DNA of 64,000 nucleotides. Source: Rhodosorus marinus CCMP1338. Its lineage: Eukaryota > Plantae > Rhodophyta. Every line of letters starts with the position of its first letter. The stretch's first letter is position 1. Made by a program: the position numbers and the translations under genes. Below the pieces are notes generated by a model, which was not told where the DNA came from, ran no database searches, and worked only from the letters and a program-made list of their open reading frames with translations. The DNA is taken from contig JAMWBK010000003.1 of assembly GCA_029953675.1 (NCBI GenBank), positions 2,914,001 through 2,978,000 on the forward strand, read 5' to 3'. This document shows, piece after piece, positions 12,042-23,828 of the stretch.

Positions 12042-12937
12042 CAATCGACGACTTCAACAAGTATTAACCGAACAGACTTTGTACAGCTTGATTACGGTTG
12101 TCGTAATTCCCCTTTTTATTACTTAGCGATATGGCTTTCGTGCACCGAGTTCCCCATTGACTTACAGGTCTAGGTATCCTGATTAAGACATGGGCCATGT
12201 AAATTTTGTATATTTGCTGCGATGCATGTTAAACGAAAGTTATCTCTTTCCCAGTTGCAAAATACCGCATGCTGACGTGCTCACACACGCTGACGAAACT
12301 GGATCCACTAGTTCTCAGCCCTCAAGGCGAACGTCGATGCTAAATTTCACGAGCCTCGCCGGTACTGCTCTTAGTTCGAGCCGTTCGACTGTGGGCAAGC
12401 TCAACACGGCCAATGCAAGCTGGGAAGGTTGGACATGGCTTGCATTTGAGACATTTATCATTGTCACAATCCCCAATAGGCGAGCAGTATATCATGTTGG
12501 TCACATGCTTTGGTCGCATGCTTCCGGGGGGGGGGAAATGGCACAGTACGTGCAATGCTCAACCTATCCATATAGTGCAACTCAATCAAGTCAAAGAGTC
12601 ATATATGCGCGAAGCTCAAAATCTACCGTAGTGATTGCCTCTGGAACAGTATGTTGAGAATAGCTTCAATCGCGGCGTTGAGCTTTTACCTACAGGTTGG
12701 GCCTGCCGAACCTTCTCGGCACAGCACGTTGTTCGAAAGTTAAAAGCGTGGCCGACCGGTTTCAACTTGAATATAAGAGTTCGATCCTTGTTTATGTTTA
12801 TGATGATACCGAATGGTTTTTGTAAAAAGTTGCTGGTCAGCCGAGCGCTATTAAGAGCTTATAGAGATAACGGAAAACCACAGACTGCAACTCAAGCTCA
12901 GGTGGAGTAGTTTATACTACTTCCAAGTCAATACGAG

Positions 12938-13853
12938 TTAGTCAAAGTCAGCCATAAATCGCTTCGCCGATGCGCCATCGAAGTGCTCGGTGAGTTGATC
13001 CTTCCTCACGAATCGTACGAGGGCGGAATACTTTTTGAGCAGGGGTTTGATTACTTGCCACATAGGTTGGAATACAAGAGGGGCATCCACAACAACGAGC
13101 TCACTAAGCCGTCTCGGATAGTACGTGAAGAAGACATCAACCAACAACTGTGCCAGTTTCACGTCACTATTCTTCATAGCAAATCCTCGCATATCAACAA
13201 CACCTAGAATCGTCTCTGTTCCGTCGGACATATCATCTACAGCGTCGTCCATCATTTTCTGGATAAGCCTTTCGCTGCTCTCAAATGGGAACTGATTGGT
13301 GATGTGTTTTGAGGCTCGAACTATCAGGACTTTCCTGAACGCCAGCAAAGACAAGCAAGTTCAGAAATCTGTACAATGAGGTCAAAACGAAACAGACAGA
13401 CAAGGGCGCGTAACGCAGCCAAGTTCAACTCGCAACTCACCTGCCATGCTTGTCTGGATCAGGATATAAATAGGCCTTTCCAGTGTGGTACTCTCGCTCT
13501 ACTGAATTGTCCGGAACCTCTACGAGGGCCTCCCGCCACTTAAGCATACCGCCCAACTTCTCATATGATTTTTCAACGTCATAGCGCCTGTCCGCCAAAA
13601 ACCATTCCATGGTTTCAACATCCGGTACGGGTCTCCCGTTCTCATGGAATTTCTGGCTAAGCTTCTTCACCGCTTCAACTCTCTCATCTCTATTCACAAA
13701 TATCGGAAAATCCGCTTTGGAAAGATCCGGGCCTTCCCGATTGACGTCCACCTCAGCGACGCACTTCGGAACATTTCTCCGCATGCAAGTCGCCGACGCC
13801 TTTTTAGATCTGAACAACGTACTCGAGCTCGAGCTCAGAAGAAAAGCTACCAT
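12938..13853 (-). CDS. CRAL-TRIO/Sec14 lipid-binding protein, probably plastid-targeted, 2 exons
   Basis: Exons 13853-13441 and 13334-12938 (phase 2). Transit-like MVAFLLSSSSS. Motifs: WFLADRRYDVEK, D..GRKV, VVDMRGF, YYPRRL...VVDAP.VF...W.VIKP.L. Confidence 0.9.
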
Positions 13854-16018
13854 GGTTTATATGCTACAACGAGAAAAAAAAACAAAAACCAAAACAAAAA
13901 ACAACCTACAGCTCAATCCCACTCGGCTTCCCTCCCAAGCCCGCCCGCCTCACAAAGCCAAAATACACCAAACAAACCAGTCCCCCACAAAAAAACACGC
14001 GCACACACAAAAACCCAGTAAAGTCCTCTGAAAAACCTTGTACTTCTCCTCTATCCCCTCCTTCCTTACCAACCTACAGCTCTCACCCAACCCTGTTCAA
14101 CACGGCTAACCACGGACTCTATCAGAAGTTTCCCCAACGCACTTGACTAGCAAGAACCCTGCTTTATATACGGGGGAAAGCTCCCCACACGAACTTCCCT
14201 CCCGCCAGGAAACACTACTCTTGCAGCCAAGAAATCCAATGTTCCTTGTCACACAATAAAACATTTCACCCTCCCTATGCAAAACCAATAAAATACGCGA
14301 ATACATCTAATATAAAAATAAAAACACAACAGTATAGATTGGATATTATCTTGATTTACCCCCTTTTATCACAAGTTTAAAAAGATGTGGGCCAAAGGGC
14401 CGGCCCCCTCCTCGTACGTTTTTTTGAGGTTTTGACAGAGCTCGTCTTCCGGATGTAAATATTTTACCCTTTTTCAGTTTCTCTGTTCTCATTGCGCCAA
14501 GAAATCGATAAAACAAAAAACGACTTAAAAACAAACAAGATACGATGAATCCAAAAATGTTGATATTTCTTCCATTACACAATAGACAGGTCCATTCGGG
14601 GTTGGTTGGATCTATTTGTATATACGATATTTTTTAATCTCGAACACCACATATTCTGGGATTAAAATTATCTATTAAATCATCTTATTTACCAAAGTTT
14701 TACGGTTGTTAGTTAAAGATGTCGGTATATAATTCGATAGAAGACACCCGGTTATCAAGAAAATAGCCAATTATATGTATGCATTTCAGGGAGCGAATAT
14801 CCCTGATTGGTCATTAGTGGATTTTTTCGTCCTCTGCCCTAAATTGTTACTATAAACACCTATTCCATAAAGACTGCTTCTATCCAGGATAATGATTGAC
14901 CGGAACAGTTGGAGGGGTTTTTCTGGGACGGTCTCTGATCTCTTTTCTGGGGGAAAAAAAAGAGGACATGGATACCGCGCAATGTGTCCAGTTGCAACGA
15001 CTTGTGGCTTCAGATAGATCGAAGATTGTTTTTATTATCCAATGAATACATGCCAACATATGAAACAACCAGGGGAAAAGATCCTCCGGTCAACTGATAG
15101 TTGATTGGAATGAATTCAGTCAAAAACAAAAGTAAATAATCATTATCATATTTAGCGCTCATTAAATAAGTATTTACTCAGATATTTAATAAGGATGAAT
15201 ATCGAACTTAGGTAGATTTTGCTAATATAGCCCCAAAAAAATCTCCCTTGCTGGTTTTCTTAAAGCATCGATATTAATTGAAATTCAGTGAGAACCAAAG
15301 AATTGGATTTTATTAATAGTTTTATCCAATAGGAATTTTATATACCACCTGCTTGTTCTATTTAAAAACAATATTTGAGTGTTTGGGAGAGTAACACTTA
15401 GGTCGCCCAGAGTAAAGAACCCTTTGAGCGAAGTCAGGTCAGATCTTAGCATCTGGCGCACGTGCGAAAGTCAACTATTTCAAGGATTTAAGCGGCTGCT
15501 AGTTGATTGTAGAGAGCGAACGTCTCTCAGAAGGAAAGCCAAGGTGGTCAGCGAACGATAGCTCATCGGCAACCAGCAAGCAATAGAGTAGATTCGGTAT
15601 CAAGTACGTATATATCGATAGCCAGTATGAAAACTGATTGCTGTTCCTGCAAAAAATCTGAAAGCAAGAAGATGAGGGTGGCACGAACAAGTTGTGCTCG
15701 GAACCCTGCCCCTGTATCCGAGTTAGGCGAGAACAGTGTTTCGCCCTTTCCGGCCCGAGTTCTAATGAGTCATGAGCACGAAACAAGCGAACTGTTCCAG
15801 GTGTATGTAGGTTTTTCCCGCTTCCACGTTCGTTCCACACAGAAAAACTAGCGGAAGACTGCTCACTCTGTCACACGATATTCTGCAGGCACAGCATCTC
15901 ATGGACACATTAGGGCATATGAGCATGATCAAAAGATGAACTAACTGCTAGCAAAGAGCAACTTCCTGTAGAAGAGGGCCACAACGAATGTTTCCGAAGC
16001 CTACGCACTGCGCAAACG

Positions 16019-16131
16019 CAGTTTCCTCTACGAACGACGGATAAGCAGAATGGCTTGCATCTTTCCTGTAAGTACAGTTTCCTCTACGAACGACGGATAA
16101 GCAGAATGGCTTGCATCTTTCCTGTAAGTAC
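16019..16131 (+). repeat. Perfect 56-bp tandem duplication (2 copies)
   Basis: CAGTTTCCTCTACGAACGACGGATAAGCAGAATGGCTTGCATCTTTCCTGTAAGTA starts at 16019 and at 16075. Confidence 0.95.
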
Positions 16132-16703
16132 GTCTGTTCTGCAGCTCGGGGATATTCCAAATGGGTGAAAGCTTTCATAGTCTTTTTAAGTTTAGACCTA
16201 AGAACCCCCTCTGGACACCTGCGAAGGACAGGAGTGTGCTAACAAATGACAGCAGCTGCGACTAGGAAGGTGAGTCCAATGCCAACGATGTCCTCAATTA
16301 GCCAAATGGCTATCTTTTTGTGATGCACGAGGCAATCCGTGCATGAAAGCAACTCAGGAGTCTGCTGAATGTCAAACACCTGAGCGTTGTTGAATCAATT
16401 TCTCCGGGAAAAGGACTGCAGCGAAATAATCAGTGCGATAGGTCTGCCCGACAGACGAGGTACTACGTGCACTCAAGGCTTAGTTGACGCGTTCCCGAAG
16501 AACGGAACCTATTTCAACGTCCTCATCTGCATCTGCTAATGGAGATGCTTCCCCAGCCGAAGGACTCCAAGTCCCGCAAACGCGGGTACAAGAAAAAAGT
16601 CAAATAATCCCTGCATAGAGGATTGGTTTCTACTGCGAGGAAGCTCAAATATTACGCACTATACTTGTAACCATCACCACCACAAGCAGCTCAACCTGAA
16701 AGC

Positions 16704-17541
16704 TCAAAGAATCGGGTAGTCGAAGTTGTGCTTTGTGATGATTTTCTTAGGATTCCTTGCTGTGTTGATGATCCACTTCTCGTGCACAGCAGCTATCTTG
16801 GAGTCTTCGAGATCCGGTCTTATGCGGCCTACTGTGCGGAGATGGTAAAGAACCTGCGCGAACGACGCTGAGATATTCAAGCTCTGAACCATTCCGACCA
16901 TGGGCAGGAAGATCTTGACGTCTGCCTGGGACAGGATGGATTCACTCAGTCCGCGCTCTTCATTTCCGAACAAAATGCAGACCTTGTCGATTGCAGAAAA
17001 ATCTACTTCGCTGACGGGAATACTGTCCTCATCCAAAGTTGTCTACGGGAAAAAGAACACCATTGAGCCTCAGGTCCTTGGCTGGCGGCAGACAAAGGCC
17101 GAATGAATACGAAGTCCGTTAACCTACCGCTAGCAAACAGAAGCCTTCCATCTTCAATTGCTTAACCGCATCATAGCTTGTTTGAAATCTCCTGATTTCG
17201 ACGTATTCATCCGATCCATGCGCCAGCTCTGGATCGTACGCGAAGGGCATGAAGTACTCTACCACGTTGATGTACATGAGACCCATGCTATCTGCCGATC
17301 GAACACATACGGCACCATTGTGAGGGTCTTGCAAGTTTTCCAGCAGTACTTGAACAGACGCGCATCTTTTTGAGAGGATCTCCTCTAGCCTTGCAACCCT
17401 GGCTTTCTTGATGGTCTGGCGCATGACGTCGAGCATCGGGGTTCGCGGAACGCGTCCTCCATAGAACCGAACCGCTTTGGAACTTGATTCGCCATCTCCG
17501 TCAAGCCTTCTGAACTCCTCCTCCTCCTCTGCTCCGTACAT
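16704..17541 (-). CDS. trmH: SpoU/TrmH-family tRNA 2'-O-methyltransferase (5' end uncertain)
   Basis: LENLQDPHNGAVCVRSAD, FGNEERGLS and LPMVGMVQSLNIS are SPOUT motifs 1-3. Phase-0 intron at 17127-17043. Confidence 0.9.
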
Positions 17542-18299
17542 TCGACCTCTCTAAATTGGCTGCAGCCATCGACGCCTTACTATTGCGTACATTTGTATCG
17601 GTGCACTGAAGTCGGCTGGCGTAACCACCAGTAACCCCATCATGCCTCATAGCCGTCAACGTTCGCATCAGGCGGAGAGGTTTCCGCGGGCATTTTTGGC
17701 GTTGTGCAAATACCAAACTATTAAAAATGGACCACGTGCGATGGGTTGAAAGTTGAAAACCCTAACTAAACACACATAGCAAGAGCGGGCGACTACGTAA
17801 CGGCTCTTCCGGGTTACACCCGGATCACAGTAGAAATCGCGGAACCGGAGCGATGGACTCTGAAACCTATATCGTACCCGAGCGCAGGGGACGGCTACGG
17901 GACACACACACCCCTCTCGCGGTCAAGTGTTCCCGCAAGACGAAGAACTCAACTCATCTCAAATTACACTAACGACAGAATTCAACAAGCTCCTTCCAGC
18001 TGCGATAAAAAGCTAATCAATCCGTCTTGGACTTTCCGTTCAGGCAGTGCACACAAAAAACAAAAAAAAGATACGGCTTGCCGTAGGTAAACGGTCCACA
18101 ACCGTTTCTTCTATATTCAAAATTCGAATCAATGAAAAAAAAATTAATTGTTTGCTTGAAACAAAAACCCTTTAAAGACATCCTCTCATCGTTTCGACAA
18201 ACACCAACCCCCCCCCGTCGCCAAACCTCAACTCCCAAAAAGCTACTGGCCCATATCGAGAAGTGAAGAAGCCCCCGAACGCAGAAAAAAAACAATTTT

Positions 18300-18960
18300 T
18301 CTGGAAACAAATATATTCAACCAATCATCACTGAAAACATAGCCTAATTTATCCAACAAAAGCTCATAAGCATCTTATTGTACCAACTAAGATCTACTAT
18401 TGGATAAATTTTATCCAACCACTTCAAAAGTTCTTCTTATTAGAATTCCCCGATCCCCTCGATGATTTAAAATGTCGACGCAATTCCCCCAATAAAAATT
18501 ATCATTGGATAACTCTTCATTTAAAATCATCTTTGATTGGAAAGTTTGCCATCACCCATCCAATGCCCTAAAAACACCGAGTTGATCTGAAAGCATATCT
18601 CAGATCCGACAAAAACCCGCCCCGGGGGGTTTTAGGATGTCAACCGTCACAAAGACGCCTCCCCAGGGGGCTCCAAACCGTCATAGACTATCAATCTATA
18701 TTAAAGATTGACATCTAATTAATATTTAAAATATGAACTTTTTTCAATCTTGTTCAGTCAATATAAGTTTTATGAAATTATGGATGTGACACTTAACTGA
18801 AAAAGATCGACGTTCTTTTTTATTTTTTTACTTCGGGGAGGGGTTTTTTTTTATCCGTGTCAAATGCTTCGATGCTGAGACGGATGTGTGATGCCGTTTT
18901 AGATACATTTTTTTAATTTATTATATTGGGATTGTTACATTTTTGGGGTTTGGGGGTTTA
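18300..18960. promoter_or_regulatory. AT-rich bidirectional promoter core with a CCAAT/TTATCCAA cluster
   Basis: Six CCAAT/ATTGG sites at 18321, 18399, 18489, 18504, 18536 and 18560. Palindrome TTGGATAAA-T-TTTATCCAA at 18400-18418. Lies between the divergent trmH and 19280 genes. Confidence 0.6.
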
Positions 18961-19096
18961 TTCGGTGAAATGGGTTTGGGGGGGATTGATTCGGAGGGTT
19001 ACTAGAGTGGGTGCAAGGGAGTTTTGACTTTGGGTGAAGTGGTGTGTGGGGTGGGACGGGAGCGAGTGTCTTGTTTGTTTTAGTTTCCTTGTTTGA

Positions 19097-19238
19097 GGGA
19101 GGGAGGGAGGGAAGGAGAAGGAGGATTGAGTTGTTGTGAGAGGGACTATTTTTTGTTGTTGTAGGGGTGCTGTCGTTCTTTTGTTGTGTTTGTTGTTTTG
19201 AGTATTTTTGCGGATTTTGGGGGTGGGGTGGGGTCGGG
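19097..19238 (+). other. Two canonical G-quadruplex motifs upstream of the 19280 start
   Basis: GGGAGGGAGGGAGGG at 19097-19111 and GGGGGTGGGGTGGGGTCGGG at 19219-19238. Confidence 0.6.
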
Positions 19239-19279
19239 AGAGGCTGCGAGGGGCTGGTTGTTTTGTTTTTTGTTTGTGA

Positions 19280-21100
19280 ATGACGATTGACATGGCTGCG
19301 TTTGTTCCGGCCGGAGTCTCCTTGGCAAAGGGCCCGAGGAGGTCGACGAATGTTATTTGTCGAAATGATGGCGAGGATAAGCCAAACGCTGACGACAAGA
19401 AAGCGAAGCCCGCGAAGCCCTCAACGGTTGCAAGCGTTGAATCTGCAGCGAAGGCTGCGAAGGATTTGAATGAGCAGAAGACTAAGCCGAAGGGTGCCTC
19501 GGATCTCGACGTGACTAACGAAGTCAAGAAAGAGGTTGCTGGCGAAGATGATGATACCAGCGTACGGGCCGAGGGGAAGAAGGAAGCGAAGAACGGAGCC
19601 AAAATCGAGTCCAAGGCCGGGGCCAAGAATGGTAAGAATGGTAAGAATGGTAAGAATGGTGTCAAGAGTGGCGTTAAGACTGGGGTGAAATACAGAGTAA
19701 AATCGGAGAGAAAAAAATCTCCAACGGTGGCGGTCATCAATGAGCTCAAGTCTGCAATCGAGGCAGTCGGAAAAATTGGGGATACTCTCGGCGTTGTGAA
19801 GCTCGGACGCACAGCGAGGACGAAGCTTACGGAGCGCTTGGAGGAGTGGGAGGCGCTGAATGACAAGAAGGAAGGCGACGCGAAAGAGTTATCGACCAAT
19901 GACAAGATGAAGAGTGCCACCGGTGTTGTCGCTCTACAGACCGGAGAGGCTTCGTGGGATATCTGGAAGAACTTCATGACGCCAACGTTGAGGAAGGTGT
20001 TCGGAGACGGCTCCGATGCGGGCTTCGCAGCTACGTCGCTGGGTATTATGCTGGCCATTTTCTTCCTCCCGTCACTTGTTAGCGGTCCATCTGAAGTGCC
20101 AGAGGCTCCTTCAGGAACGCCTGTGGTCCAGAACAGATTTGGGGCTTCTAAGCCTAGCAGTACCAAAGAGTACGCCAACTTGGTGAAGGACTCATTTGGC
20201 CGACGGAGGAACCTAGTTGCGAGCGTGTCCGTTGAAGGAAAAGTAGTAACAGTGAACGTAGATAAGGCCTACACGAGCCTGGATGAGAGAACACGTTCAA
20301 GCCTGGCTCTGGCTGCCTATGACGCTCTTCGTGACAAGAGAGTTAATACCGTGCTCTTCAGCATGAAATCCGGCGAAGCGATCGCTCGCGTTGATGAAGC
20401 CACGGTTGTATATGCTGGTGAGGCGAAGTTGAAGGAAGAAGGTGTTGGACTGACCGCAAGCTTGCAGGATCAGAAGATTGTGTCCCAGCAGCAACGGAGT
20501 GAAAACGCAGGACTCCTTGAGCAGAAGAATCAGTTGATCGTGGCCCAGCAAGGGGCCGAAGCAGACTTTCAGAGGAACATCAGGCTTTTATCTGCCAGGA
20601 CCGCTGCTGCAGTGGAGGAAGTAGAAGGCATAAGAGCCCAGGTAGCTGGGTTACCCAACCGACAAGTCTTAGTCACCAAACTAGCTGACTCCGAGACGAG
20701 GAGGACTACTGCTCGGTCGGACTTGTTGGACCTCAGCGCCAAGCTATCCTCGACGAGAAACACGGAGGCTGTTGTCCTCGGGTCCGTAAGCGAAACCACC
20801 GTGGGAAATCAAGAACGGGAGGCAAAGGTTCAGAGCATCACGAAGTCATTCAATGCCAAGTCTGAAGAGGCTCTCACTCAAGCTAGGAAGGAAGCAAATT
20901 CTGCGCGGACAGCAAAACTGGCAGAGCTTGCAGCACAGGTCGAGAATGAGAAGGTCGAGCTGCAACGACTCCAGTCAAATTACGATCAGCTGATGGGGGC
21001 CAAGCAAGGAATCTTGGCCAAGCTGCAAGCGGACTTCGATGCAGAAATGGCTACTCTTAGAGAAGCCACTGACCGTGAGGTCGCGAGTATTCAGGCCTGA
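19280..21100 (+). CDS. Putative plastid membrane protein, 606 aa: transit peptide, K/E-rich linker, one TM helix, alpha/beta domain, long coiled coil
   Basis: Uninterrupted ORF. MAAFVPAG transit-like start, (GKN)n repeat near 19627-19660, hydrophobic ATSLGIMLAIFFLPSLV, heptad-rich C-terminus. Confidence 0.85.
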   Translation: MTIDMAAFVPAGVSLAKGPRRSTNVICRNDGEDKPNADDKKAKPAKPSTVASVESAAKAAKDLNEQKTKPKGASDLDVTNEVKKEVAGEDDDTSVRAEGKKEAKNGAKIESKAGAKNGKNGKNGKNGVKSGVKTGVKYRVKSERKKSPTVAVINELKSAIEAVGKIGDTLGVVKLGRTARTKLTERLEEWEALNDKKEGDAKELSTNDKMKSATGVVALQTGEASWDIWKNFMTPTLRKVFGDGSDAGFAATSLGIMLAIFFLPSLVSGPSEVPEAPSGTPVVQNRFGASKPSSTKEYANLVKDSFGRRRNLVASVSVEGKVVTVNVDKAYTSLDERTRSSLALAAYDALRDKRVNTVLFSMKSGEAIARVDEATVVYAGEAKLKEEGVGLTASLQDQKIVSQQQRSENAGLLEQKNQLIVAQQGAEADFQRNIRLLSARTAAAVEEVEGIRAQVAGLPNRQVLVTKLADSETRRTTARSDLLDLSAKLSSTRNTEAVVLGSVSETTVGNQEREAKVQSITKSFNAKSEEALTQARKEANSARTAKLAELAAQVENEKVELQRLQSNYDQLMGAKQGILAKLQADFDAEMATLREATDREVASIQA

Positions 21101-21887
21101 GATCTTTGGCGTAGTCAGTTGGACCTGTGATGTTTTGACCTGAGACCAGTTGCTGACATACCGGATCTTGTGTACGATTAGCTGTATGTCGAATTGGTCA
21201 AGGGGAGGACCGAAGGGAATTGTCACTTGTTTCTATCCCTATATCTGTTAGTTGTTTTCTGTTTAAAAAGTTTCATATTGGGCTTAGCAGACGGTGTCAC
21301 CGCTTCTTACCAAGGGCAACATCAAGTACCCCACCAGTGAACAAAAAGCGCCTCTCAAGAGTGACTTTTAGCTGGTTCTCTCACCGGACGGACGCAGACA
21401 GCTTTCTTTAGACTCTTTTTACCTTCAAGCCAAGAACAATTGATAACCAGCAGACATCGGAAACGGACACCGTAGGGGATTCCTTCGGACGCGGTATTCA
21501 CAGCGGCAACACAAATCCGGCCCAATCATGATTTCACTCCATGGTCTTACTTATCCGCTGCGTTGAGGAGCTCATCCATAGAGAAGCCTTCCAAGATTTA
21601 CAGTAAATCTTTCCTGTATCCAACCTTCGCTTGGAGATAGAAATCAACTACGCGTTTTGTTTCTTGGAAGATAAGTTTCCAAGAGACAGAACGTGACCAT
21701 GGCCGTCCTCTTCGTAGCGAGAAAAGATATCGTTTTCTCGGATTCATCATAGGCAAGTATTGTTGAAGAATTTTGTTGGCCAGAAACGTTACATGGCCCC
21801 ATGATACCTTTCGGTTTGGAGGCGACTGATGATTTGCTGCTATCACAATAAAAATGGGGAAATGGCTGCTTACGGTTTGGGTAGGAG

Positions 21888-23429
21888 GTGGACGCTGTAC
21901 TAGAAGAAGTATTGGGACAGACTGCAGAGGCTCACAGAAGACCTGATATGAGTCGAGTCTCTGGAAGAATCTCCCGTGTACTTGAGTTTCGTGGTGGAGG
22001 AGAACTCAATGAGGGTCGCGCACTCCCGCTGTACCAGATTCTTGGTGAGAACGGGATCATTGCGAAAGGAGTAAAGCACACGGCGTCGAAGCGAGATGTC
22101 AAGGTCTTGACGTGTATGATGAAGCTGCGGATGATGGATAGGATGCTTCTAGAGGCTCAGAGGCAGGGGAGAATACCTTTCTATGCTGCATGTAACGGCG
22201 AGGAGGGAAGCGTGGTCGGGACTGCTGCTGGGCTGTCGTCTGAAGATGAAGTGTTTTCTCAGTACCGAGAGCATGGCGTCCTGCTCTGGAGGGGATTCCG
22301 TTACCAAGACTTTATGGATCAATGCTTTGCTACAAAAGATGACCCTGGGAAGGGTAGACAAATGCCCGTCCATTACACGTCTCCAGAGCTTCATTTCCAG
22401 ACTGTTTCATCCACGATAGCAACACAGGTAATCATCTACCACCGCCGCTCCTAGACGAGTTCACCTGGACGATAAAGAACGCATGATACAGTTGCCGAAA
22501 GCCATCGACGCACTAATGCTGCTTTCTGTCCCTGTCTATCTTGCCATCGCGCGAACCTGCTTTCCCCGAAGATCCCCAACTCCGTTGGAGCCGCGTACGC
22601 TTTGAAGATGGGCAAGGCTAGTCGAATCACGGTGACGTTCTTTGGAGAAGGTGGCACGTCCGAGGGAGACTTCCACGCAGGACTGAATTTCGCCGCTTCC
22701 CTGCAATGTCCAGTTTTGTTCGTTTGCCGCAACAACGGCTGGGCGATCTCAACCCCGGCTTCTCAGCAGTACCAGGGTGACGGTCTCGCAGCTCGTGGGG
22801 TCTCGTATGGAATTCTCTCAGCAGCGGTGGATGGCAACGATCCTCTCGCCGTTGCCCATGCCGTTAGCACTGCCAGAAAACGTTGCCTTGAGACCCAAAC
22901 CCCTGTATTCCTGGAGCTCGTAACTTATCGATTAGGTCCACACAGTACCAGTGATGACAGTGCGTCTTGAATTTGGTCATTCTGACCACTGAGAACCCAG
23001 TCGGTCGGACTGCTCGTCTAATCCAAAAAGTTTTCACATCTAGGTATCTTGTACCGCGGCAAGGAAGAAGTCACTCAAGCCTTTGAAAAGGAGCCCATTG
23101 CGCGCTTGAGGAAGTTCCTGATCAGTTCTGGCTTGTGGAGTACCGAAAGGGAAGAAGAGCTAGCCACGGCGGAGAAGAAGAAGCTGCTCGTAAGACTGCT
23201 GAGACCGCAGACCAACCTTGGCAGCGGTTTGTCCTGCCCGGAAACACGCTGACGAGCTATTCACGCTTTCTGTTCTGAACAGGATGCCATATCCAAAGCT
23301 CAGAGAAAGGAGAAGGCCCCTCCGGCAGATGTCGTTGAACAAGTGCACAACCGGCTTTCCCGCACGCTTGAGAGGCAGCGACGTGAGCTTGTGAGCCGGC
23401 TTGATTCGTACAAGGACAAGTACGGGTAA
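21888..23429 (+). CDS. BCKDHA: Branched-chain 2-oxoacid dehydrogenase E1 alpha subunit (start uncertain)
   Basis: QRQGRIPFY, GEEG, QYREHG, KGRQMPVHY, TPP-binding FGEGGTSEGDFHAGLNFA..CRNNGWAIST and RLGPHSTSDD. Three introns. TAA at 23427-23429. Confidence 0.92.
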
Positions 23430-23828
23430 CCAGTGGACTTTTTCAGAAGAGTACACAGAGAACTGGACGACCTCGGGATAGCCTCTACCGAAGATCAATT
23501 CAAAAGCGCAGACCATATAGAGTAGTAAGGCGCAGTCGTAAATTGTTATTGTTATTATTTTACTATTAACTGGCGTCGTCAACACCTAGGCTTCCGCAGC
23601 ATGCACCCTCTGAACAAAGCCGGGCTATAGTAGCTGACAGGAGTCTGAACCGCAGCAGGCGGCGCTGCTGCCAGGCAGCTGAGACGATGAGAATAAACAA
23701 GACCGCTTGGATGAAGATAATATGGAGTCCACTTCTACACAGTTGACGAGCCACGTGAACATATGTGTCCCATCCATTCGCGGCCAAGCAAGAGTAGTTG
23801 ATCGTTCCAAAGAATGCTAGCCCAATTC

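Noticed and set aside
13609-14031. K/T/Q-rich + strand ORFs (also 27199-27633, 47955-48404, 57459-57875)
   Set aside because: Artefacts of the C/A-skewed promoter flanks and of antisense overlap.
16019-16131. CRISPR-like interpretation of the 56-bp, 81-bp and 22-bp repeats
   Set aside because: Only two adjacent copies each, with no spacers and no cas genes, in a eukaryotic context.
18958-20178. 406-aa minus-strand ORF
   Set aside because: Antisense shadow of the 606-aa gene and its G/T-rich leader. The translation is low-complexity (F/L/S/P) with no motifs.
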